A stretch of 64,000 nucleotides of DNA from Burkholderiales bacterium. GTDB taxonomy: Bacteria > Pseudomonadota > Gammaproteobacteria > Burkholderiales > SG8-39. The notes beneath the pieces were generated by a model. That model saw nothing but the letters and a program-made list of their open reading frames with translations, was not told the origin of the DNA and searched no databases. Shown piece by piece: positions 58,166 to 64,000 of the stretch (position 1 is the first letter of the stretch; every line of letters starts with the position of its first letter). The stretch spans positions 10,370-74,369 of the forward strand of contig JBFWWT010000009.1 of the NCBI GenBank assembly GCA_050246035.1, read 5' to 3'. The translations under genes were made by a program, and so were the position numbers.

Positions 58166-59437
58166 TTGGCCGCAGCAATCGCCGCCATGGACAGCCTGCG
58201 CATCAACGCCGACCGGCTCTGGAGCTCGCTCATGGAGCTCGCGCGTATCGGCGCGACCCCAAAGGGCGGCGTGAAGCGCCTGACGCTCACCGACGAGGAT
58301 CGGCACGCGCGCGATCTGTTCGCGCAGTGGGCGCGCGAGGCGGGACTGGCGGTGGAGGTGGACGCGATCGGCAATGTCTTCGCGCGCCGCCCCGGCACGG
58401 ACCCGGGCCTGCCACCGGTCGCGATGGGCAGCCACCTCGACTCGCAGCCCTCGGGCGGCAAGTTCGACGGCGCCTACGGCGTGATGGCCGGGCTGGAGGT
58501 GCTGCGCACGCTGAACGACGCGGGCGTGCGCACGCGCGCGCCGCTCGAGGTCGTCTCCTGGACCAACGAGGAGGGCTCGCGCTTTACCCCGGTGATGATG
58601 GGCTCCGGCGTGTTCGCGAACGTCTTTTCGCTCGAGCACGCGCGCGCGCAACGCGACCTCGGCGGCGTCTCGGTGGGCGAGGCGCTCGCGCGCATCGGCT
58701 ACGCGGGCGCGGCCGGCGCGCACCGCCTGGGCGCGTACTTCGAAGCGCACATCGAGCAGGGCCCGGTGCTCGAGAACGAGCGCAGGACCATCGGCGTGGT
58801 GCAGGGCGCGCTCGGGCAGCGCTGGTACGACGTCACAGTGACCGGGCAGGACGCGCATGCCGGCCCGACGCCCATGGCGCTGCGCAAGGACGCGCTGCTC
58901 GGCGCGAGCCGGCTGGTGCTCGAGGTGAACCGCATCGCGAACGCATTTCCGGACAACGCGCGCGGCACCGTGGGCTTCATGCAGGTGAAGCCCAACTCGC
59001 GCAACGTGGTGCCGGGCGAAGTGCGCACCACGGTGGACTTCCGCAACGCGAAAGTGCCGACGCTGGACGCGATGTGCGCCGAGCTCGCGCGCGCCGCGCA
59101 GGCGATCGAGCGGGACTGCCGCGTGTCGATCGAGCTGCGCGAGAACACGTACTTCCCGCCCTGCGAGTTCGATCCCGGGCTCGTCGCGAGCGTGCGCGCG
59201 GCCGCCGCCGCGCTGGGCTACGGCCACCTGGACATCGTGAGCGGCGCCGGACACGACGCCGTGTACATCGCGCGCGTCGCGCCCACCGCCATGATCTTCG
59301 TGCCCTGCGCAGGCGGGATCAGCCACAACGAGATCGAGAGCGCCACGCCCGCGGACCTCGCCGCGGGCTGCAACGTGCTGTTGCGCGCGGCGCTCGGCAA
59401 AGCCGGCATCGCGGGCGCCGCCCGCGCCGCCGCGTAG
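58166..59437 (+). CDS. M20-family Zn amidohydrolase (N-carbamoyl-amino-acid / beta-ureidopropionase / allantoate amidohydrolase type)
   Basis: MGSHLDSQPSGGKFDG, TNEEGSRF and the FEAHIEQGPVLE block. The ATG at 58187 is a likely alternative start. Confidence 0.8.
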   Translation: MAAAIAAMDSLRINADRLWSSLMELARIGATPKGGVKRLTLTDEDRHARDLFAQWAREAGLAVEVDAIGNVFARRPGTDPGLPPVAMGSHLDSQPSGGKFDGAYGVMAGLEVLRTLNDAGVRTRAPLEVVSWTNEEGSRFTPVMMGSGVFANVFSLEHARAQRDLGGVSVGEALARIGYAGAAGAHRLGAYFEAHIEQGPVLENERRTIGVVQGALGQRWYDVTVTGQDAHAGPTPMALRKDALLGASRLVLEVNRIANAFPDNARGTVGFMQVKPNSRNVVPGEVRTTVDFRNAKVPTLDAMCAELARAAQAIERDCRVSIELRENTYFPPCEFDPGLVASVRAAAAALGYGHLDIVSGAGHDAVYIARVAPTAMIFVPCAGGISHNEIESATPADLAAGCNVLLRAALGKAGIAGAARAAA

Positions 59438-59447
59438 GAGAAGACCC

Positions 59448-60779
59448 ATGAACGACCGCGTACCGCTTCCCGCCACCCTCGAGCAGTCTGCCTTCTTCAT
59501 GCCGTTCAGCATGAACCGGCAGTTCAAGAAGGCGCCGCGCCTGCTCGCGCGCGCCGAGGGCATGTACTACTACACGCCGGACGGCCGCAAGCTGATCGAC
59601 GGCACCTCGGGCCTGTGGTGCGTGAACGCCGGGCACTGCCGCAAGCCGATCGTCGAGGCGGTGCAGCGCCAGGTCGCCGAGCTCGACTTCGCGCCCGCCT
59701 TCCAGATGGGCCATCCGCTCGCCTTCGAGTTCGCCGACAAGCTCGCGGCGATGGCGCCGGGCGATCTGAAGCGCATCTTCTTCACCAACTCCGGCTCGGA
59801 GTCGGTGGATACCGCGCTCAAGCTTGCGCTCGCCTATCACCGCGTGCGCGGCGAGGGCCACCGCGTGCGCCTCATCGGCCGCGAGCGCGGCTATCACGGC
59901 GTAAACTTCGGCGGCACCGCGGTGGGCGGCATGGTCGGCAACCGCAAGATCTTCGGCGCCCTGGTGGCGGGCGTCGACCACATCCGCCACACGCACGACG
60001 CGGAAAGGAACGCCTTCTCGCGCGGCCAGCCGAAGCACGGCGCCGAGCTCGCCGACGACCTGGAGCGCCTGTGCGCGCTGCACGACCCGTCGACGATCGC
60101 GGCGGTCATCGTCGAGCCGGTGGCCTGCTCGGGCGGGGTGCTCGTGCCGCCGGTGGGCTATCTCGAGCGGCTGCGCGCGATCTGCGACAAGCACGGCATC
60201 CTGCTCATCTTCGACGAGGTGATCACGGCCTGGGGGCGCCTCGGCAAGCCCTTCGGCGCGCAGCACTTCGGCGTGCTGCCCGACATGATGACCACCGCGA
60301 AGGGCATCACCAATGGCACCGTGCCGATGGGCGCCGTGTTCATGCGCGAAGGCATCTTCCAGGCTTTCATGACCGGGCCGGAGCTCGGCATCGAGATGCC
60401 GCACGGCTATACCTATTCCTCGCACCCGCTCGCCTGCGCGGCGGGCCTCGCCACCCTCCAGGTGTACGAGGAGGAGGGGCTGCTCACGCGCGCGGCGGAG
60501 CTCTGGCCCTACTGGGAGGAGCAGGCGCACGCGCTGAAGGGCCTGCCCAACGTGATCGACATCCGCAACATCGGCCTGATCGCCGCCATCGAGCTCGCGC
60601 CGCGGCCGGGGGCGCCGGGGGCGCGCGCGCTGGAGGCGCACGTGCGGGCGTTCGAGAAGGGCGCCTACATCCGGGTGGCGGCGGATATCATCGCGCTTGC
60701 CCCGCCGCTCATCATCGGCAAGGGCGAGATCGATCAGCTGTTCGACGTCGTGCGCGGCGTGCTCAAGGCGACGGGCTGA
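59448..60779 (+). CDS. Class III aminotransferase, omega-amino acid (beta-alanine)--pyruvate type
   Basis: 443 aa. FDEVITAWGRLG and TTAKGITNG (PLP lysine). Confidence 0.85.
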   Translation: MNDRVPLPATLEQSAFFMPFSMNRQFKKAPRLLARAEGMYYYTPDGRKLIDGTSGLWCVNAGHCRKPIVEAVQRQVAELDFAPAFQMGHPLAFEFADKLAAMAPGDLKRIFFTNSGSESVDTALKLALAYHRVRGEGHRVRLIGRERGYHGVNFGGTAVGGMVGNRKIFGALVAGVDHIRHTHDAERNAFSRGQPKHGAELADDLERLCALHDPSTIAAVIVEPVACSGGVLVPPVGYLERLRAICDKHGILLIFDEVITAWGRLGKPFGAQHFGVLPDMMTTAKGITNGTVPMGAVFMREGIFQAFMTGPELGIEMPHGYTYSSHPLACAAGLATLQVYEEEGLLTRAAELWPYWEEQAHALKGLPNVIDIRNIGLIAAIELAPRPGAPGARALEAHVRAFEKGAYIRVAADIIALAPPLIIGKGEIDQLFDVVRGVLKATG

Positions 60780-60801
60780 GCCGGGACAGGGGAGGGGACC
60801 T

Positions 60802-61239
60802 ATGACGGGAATCGGCAGGACCATCAGGATCGGCGCGGCGATCGCGCTCGCCACCGCAGGACCGGCGCTCGCCCAGGCCCCGGCCGGGACGCCGGCCAGG
60901 CCGGCGGCGTCGGTCGTCGAGCAGCTGCGCGCGCTCGGCGCGCCGCCGGTGACCCCGAAGTACAACGACGTCATGACTGCGGTGCTCTATCGCGACCGCG
61001 GCGCGGTGGGGCAGCTCCTCGACCTCGGCCGCTGGGTCGACAAGCCGGACACGAATGGCCTCACGCCGCTCATGGCGGCGGTGATGATGGGAGACGCGGA
61101 GATGGCGGCGCTCCTGCTCGAGCGGGGCGCGGATCCGCAGCAGCAGGCGCCCGGCGGCGACGTCGCGATCGACATCGCGCGCGCCAACGGCCACGGCGCA
61201 ATCGAGCAGCTGCTGCTGGACGCCGAGCGGCGGCGCTAG
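60802..61239 (+). CDS. Exported ankyrin-repeat protein
   Basis: GGAGGGG RBS. Signal peptide IRIGAAIALATAGPALAQA. Ankyrin consensus GLTPLMAAVMMGDAEMAALLLERGADP. Confidence 0.7.
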   Translation: MTGIGRTIRIGAAIALATAGPALAQAPAGTPARPAASVVEQLRALGAPPVTPKYNDVMTAVLYRDRGAVGQLLDLGRWVDKPDTNGLTPLMAAVMMGDAEMAALLLERGADPQQQAPGGDVAIDIARANGHGAIEQLLLDAERRR

Positions 61240-61252
61240 CGCCGCCGCTCGG
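61223..61252. repeat. Perfect 30-bp GC-rich palindrome centred on the ankyrin gene stop (GCTAGC)
   Basis: CCGAGCGGCGGCGCTAGCGCCGCCGCTCGG, verified base by base. It lies between convergent gene ends. Confidence 0.9.
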
Positions 61253-61254
61253 GG

Positions 61255-62514
61255 CTACTTGGCCGCGGCGCGCACCACGCCCAGGCGCCGGCCCCGGGTC
61301 TGCTGCTTGAGGCGCGGGGGCGTGACGAGGTCGCGCACGTAGTTGGGCAGGGCGAACACGCCCTCGTGCGTCTCGCCGTTGTAGTAGCGCAGCTCGGTCA
61401 TCTTCCTCTGCTCGATGCGCCGGTCGATCTCGTCGGCCGTGTAGGCCTTCGGGTCGAGCTTGTCCGAGCACACCGCCATCGCCCATAGCGAGCCGTACAG
61501 CGGGATGTACATCGTGTACGGCCGTACGATGCGGAAGATGCCGTTCAGGCGCTGGGCGAGCTCCTCCACGCGCTGCGGCCGCGCCACCGGCGAGCCGATG
61601 TGCAGGACCAGCGCGCCCCCGGGGGCGAGCGCCTGGCGGCACTGCTGGAAGAACTCCGCCGAATAGAGCGCCTCGGCCGGCCCCATGGGGTCGTTGAGGT
61701 CGAGCGCGATGAGGTCGAAGCGCTCCTGGGTCTCGCGCACGAACTTCATGCCGTCGCCGACCAGCACGCGCAGCTTCGGGTTGTCGAACACCCCGTTGTG
61801 CACCGCCCGGAAGTGCTCCTTCGCGACCGCGATCACGTCGGGGTCGATCTCGCACATGGTCACCTGCTCGACAGAGGGGTGCTTGAGCGCCTCCTCCGAG
61901 GAACCCCCGTCACCGCCGCCGATGATCAGCACCTTCCGCGGCGCCGGATGCGCGGTGAGGGCGGGGTGGATCAGGTTCTCGTGATAGACGAACTCCTCCT
62001 TCTCGGAGGTCATGTTGAACCCGTCGAGACGGAAGATCTTGCCGTAGTGCGGCGTGTCGTAGATCTGCAGGCGCTGGAACGGCGTCCGCTGATCGCTGAC
62101 CTGGCGCGCCGCCTTGATGTAGAAGCCGGTGGAGTCATTGAGCGGCTCCATCAGCAGGTGGCCGCCACGCTCCACCTCGTGGCGCGCGACTTCCGCCGGG
62201 TCGAAGTAGGCGACGATGTCCTCGAAGAGCTTGCGCGCCTTCGCGCTGTTGTCGTCGCTGTAGTTGCAGACGTAGACGTCGAGCGTCAGCCCCTGCTTCT
62301 CAGGCCAGGTGTGGATGGCGAGGTGCGACTCGGCGAGCACGACGGTGCCGGTGAAGCCCGAGCCCTCGAACTGATGGAAGCTCGCGTCCATCGTCGTCAG
62401 GCCCGAGTCGCGCACGAGCTCGAGGCACTTGTCCTTGAAGGACGCGCCGTCGAGGAGCAGGCGCGGCTCGCAGCGGCAGCCGCTCAGATCACCGATCAGA
62501 TGCAGACCATTCAT
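61255..62514 (-). CDS. Fusion protein: pyruvoyl S-adenosylmethionine decarboxylase (SpeH/SpeD class 1) plus spermidine synthase (SpeE)
   Basis: The N-terminal ~120 aa carry the LAESHLAIHTWPE self-processing motif. The C-terminal ~290 aa carry VLIIGGGDGG and DLNDPMGPA, the aminopropyltransferase motifs. Confidence 0.85.
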   Translation of the reverse strand: MNGLHLIGDLSGCRCEPRLLLDGASFKDKCLELVRDSGLTTMDASFHQFEGSGFTGTVVLAESHLAIHTWPEKQGLTLDVYVCNYSDDNSAKARKLFEDIVAYFDPAEVARHEVERGGHLLMEPLNDSTGFYIKAARQVSDQRTPFQRLQIYDTPHYGKIFRLDGFNMTSEKEEFVYHENLIHPALTAHPAPRKVLIIGGGDGGSSEEALKHPSVEQVTMCEIDPDVIAVAKEHFRAVHNGVFDNPKLRVLVGDGMKFVRETQERFDLIALDLNDPMGPAEALYSAEFFQQCRQALAPGGALVLHIGSPVARPQRVEELAQRLNGIFRIVRPYTMYIPLYGSLWAMAVCSDKLDPKAYTADEIDRRIEQRKMTELRYYNGETHEGVFALPNYVRDLVTPPRLKQQTRGRRLGVVRAAAK

Positions 62515-62528
62515 GCCCGTTCCCCCCG

Positions 62529-62574
62529 AAAAACGAGAAGGCGCAACCCTGCACGTTCTGCTCCAGGCTGCGCC
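62529..62574 (-). promoter_or_regulatory. Terminator-like hairpin plus T-run in the leader of the speD-speE fusion gene
   Basis: Minus strand reads GGCGCAGCCTG...CAGGGTTGCGCC, then TTCTCGTTTTT, then the GGGGGGA RBS and ATG. Confidence 0.3.
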
Positions 62575-62647
62575 CCCGTGTTACCGCCTTGCGGCGAAAA
62601 ACCGAGTTGCTCAATATCGGTCAATTCGTGCAACACCCCGCTTGGGC

Positions 62648-62670
62648 CGCCCGCACTGACGCATGCGGGC
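62648..62670 (-). terminator. Hairpin directly after the nudC stop (no T-tract)
   Basis: GCCCGCA-N8-TGCGGGC. Confidence 0.3.
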
Positions 62671-63578
62671 TAAGCGCCGGTTGAAATTTGGCGCCGGATC
62701 TCCGCAGAAACCGCGTCGATCAGGCGCCGCGCGATCGAGATTTTGCTTGGAAGTTTAGGCAATTGCAATACATCGAACCAGTCGGCGGCCTCGATTTCGC
62801 CGTCCTGCGCGCGGATCTCGCCCTCCACCCACTCGCATACGAAGGCGATCATCAGGCTGTGGGGAAAAGGCCACGACTGGCTGGCGAAGTAGGCGAAGTT
62901 GGCGACGCGCACGCCGACTTCTTCCCCGACCTCGCGCGCCAGGCACTGCTCGAGCGACTCGCCGGGCTCGACAAAGCCCGCGAGCGCGCTGTACATGCCC
63001 GGCGGAAAGTGCGGGCTGCGCCCGAGAAGGAGCTCGCGGCCGCGGCGCACCAGCGCCATCACCGCGGGCGCGACGCGCGGATAGGCCGACAGCCCGCAGG
63101 CCGGGCACTGGCGCGCGCGCTCCTCGGCGCGAGCCACGGTCGGCGTGCCGCAGCGCCCGCAGTACTGGTGGTCGCGATCCCACTGCAGGAGCTGCAGCGC
63201 GCGTCCGGCGAGCGCGAAATGGGCGTCCTCCAGCACCGAGAACAGGCTGCGCAGGCCGGCCCAGGCGAGCCCCGCGGGGGCGCTCTCGTCCCCGAGCTCC
63301 CCTGCCCAGCAAGGCACGCCCCCCAGAGACCCTAGATATAGGGCCCTGGCGGGGTCGAACCCCAATGTATTGTTGTTTTTCTGCAACGGCAGCCGTGCCC
63401 AGGAGGGCCGCTGGCGCACCCGCGGGTCGTCGCTCGGCCGCGGATCCGGGGGGCCGAGCTCGACCAGGAGCCGGTCCTGGCGGAACAGGAACCACAGCGC
63501 CGGGGCCTCGGCCGCCGCCGGCGGTGGCGTGACGGCCGGCGCGAAGGCGAGGGGGCTGTCGAAGGGCAGCGGCGTCAT
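62670..63578 (-). CDS. nudC: NADH pyrophosphatase (Nudix)
   Basis: Zinc ribbon CGRCG...CPACG and Nudix box GFVEPGESLEQCLAREVGEEVGV. Confidence 0.85.
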   Translation of the reverse strand: MTPLPFDSPLAFAPAVTPPPAAAEAPALWFLFRQDRLLVELGPPDPRPSDDPRVRQRPSWARLPLQKNNNTLGFDPARALYLGSLGGVPCWAGELGDESAPAGLAWAGLRSLFSVLEDAHFALAGRALQLLQWDRDHQYCGRCGTPTVARAEERARQCPACGLSAYPRVAPAVMALVRRGRELLLGRSPHFPPGMYSALAGFVEPGESLEQCLAREVGEEVGVRVANFAYFASQSWPFPHSLMIAFVCEWVEGEIRAQDGEIEAADWFDVLQLPKLPSKISIARRLIDAVSAEIRRQISTGA

Positions 63579-63587
63579 GCGCGGATT

Positions 63588-64000
63588 CTAGGGATTTCCA
63601 CCGAGCGCGAGCGCGATCATGCGCGCGCCGCGCTCGACGAGGAACGACTTGAAGGCCTGGGCCACCGGGGAGAGGCGCTTGCGCTCGCGATGGATGACGT
63701 ACCAATCGCGCATCACGGGTGTCCCGGCCACCTTGAGCACGACGAGGCGCCGCGTGGCCACCTCGAGGCCCACCGTGTGCATGGAGATGAAGCTCACGCC
63801 CATGCCGGCCATCACCGCCTGCTTGATGGTCTCGTTGGAGCTCATCTCGATCGTCTCGCGCGGGGTGAAGCGGTGCTTCGCAAAGAAGCGCTCCATCGCA
63901 TTGCGCGTCCCGGATCCGCGCTCGCGGATGATGAAGGTCTCCTGCGCCAGGCGCTCGAGGGGCACGCGCCGGCGCGCGGCGAGCGGGTGGCCCGGCGCCG
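63588..64000 (-). CDS. LysR-family transcriptional regulator, C-terminal part only (runs off the window)
   Basis: Effector-binding-domain sequence FIIRERGSGTRNAMERFF...ETIKQAVMAGMGVSFIS. The reading frame stays open to nt 64000. Confidence 0.75.
   Translation of the reverse strand, partial: APGHPLAARRRVPLERLAQETFIIRERGSGTRNAMERFFAKHRFTPRETIEMSSNETIKQAVMAGMGVSFISMHTVGLEVATRRLVVLKVAGTPVMRDWYVIHRERKRLSPVAQAFKSFLVERGARMIALALGGNP

Noticed and set aside
63330-63400. An AT-rich patch containing GGGGTCGAACCCC, which resembles a tRNA T-arm.
   Set aside because: It lies inside the nudC reading frame (…LQKNNNTLGFDPARALYLGS…). The loop is 5 nt rather than 7, and no acceptor or anticodon arms can be drawn. 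It was treated as locally unusual codon usage in the variable NudC N-terminal domain.

Overview
A 64-kb, visibly very GC-rich and gene-dense chromosomal segment of a proteobacterium. Gene content and order (glnA-DUF4124-ntrB-ntrC, aceE-aceF-lpd, yggX-argA, folD/prlC) look beta-proteobacterial, Burkholderiales-like; that assignment is inference only. I can support about 60 CDS, one TPP riboswitch, an NtrC/sigma54 control region, one clean intrinsic terminator and several hairpins and palindromes. I recognised no rRNA, tRNA, CRISPR array, transposase, integrase or phage genes. Gene blocks: (1) 8-16099, surface-glycan/LPS genes: pseC, pseB, MsbA-like ABC exporter, EPS-type MarR, three glycosyltransferases, manC, WecA-like and WbpM-like initiation enzymes, two epimerases, waaA, tolC. 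(2) 16110-22153: methyltransferase, TPP riboswitch-thiC, alpha/beta hydrolase, Ser/Thr kinase fused to a cNMP-binding domain, uppP, rhodanese. (3) 22154-26837: glnA, DUF4124, ntrB, ntrC. (4) 26838-44713, housekeeping: aceB, xthA, prlC, folD, aceE-aceF-lpd-rpiA, phoU, yggX, argA, rsmE. (5) 45053-58142, a GntR-controlled divergent sugar-acid catabolic locus. One arm carries SDR, an IlvD/Edd dehydratase, a UxaA dehydratase and a siderophore/B12-type ABC importer. The other arm carries a TRAP transporter, an SDR and a FAH hydrolase. (6) 58166-64000: carbamoylase-type amidase, omega-aminotransferase, exported ankyrin protein, an AdoMet-decarboxylase/spermidine-synthase fusion, nudC and a partial LysR gene. 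I found no clearly novel system. The most unusual items are: the type II ABC importer embedded in the dehydratase operon; the thiC-hydrolase-kinase/cNMP arrangement with no intergenic space; three perfect palindromes that contain the stop codons of convergent genes, one of them a 78-nt near-perfect hairpin; and the speD-speE fusion with a terminator-like leader. Many long ORFs in the supplied track are antisense or out-of-frame artefacts of high GC content and were not called.
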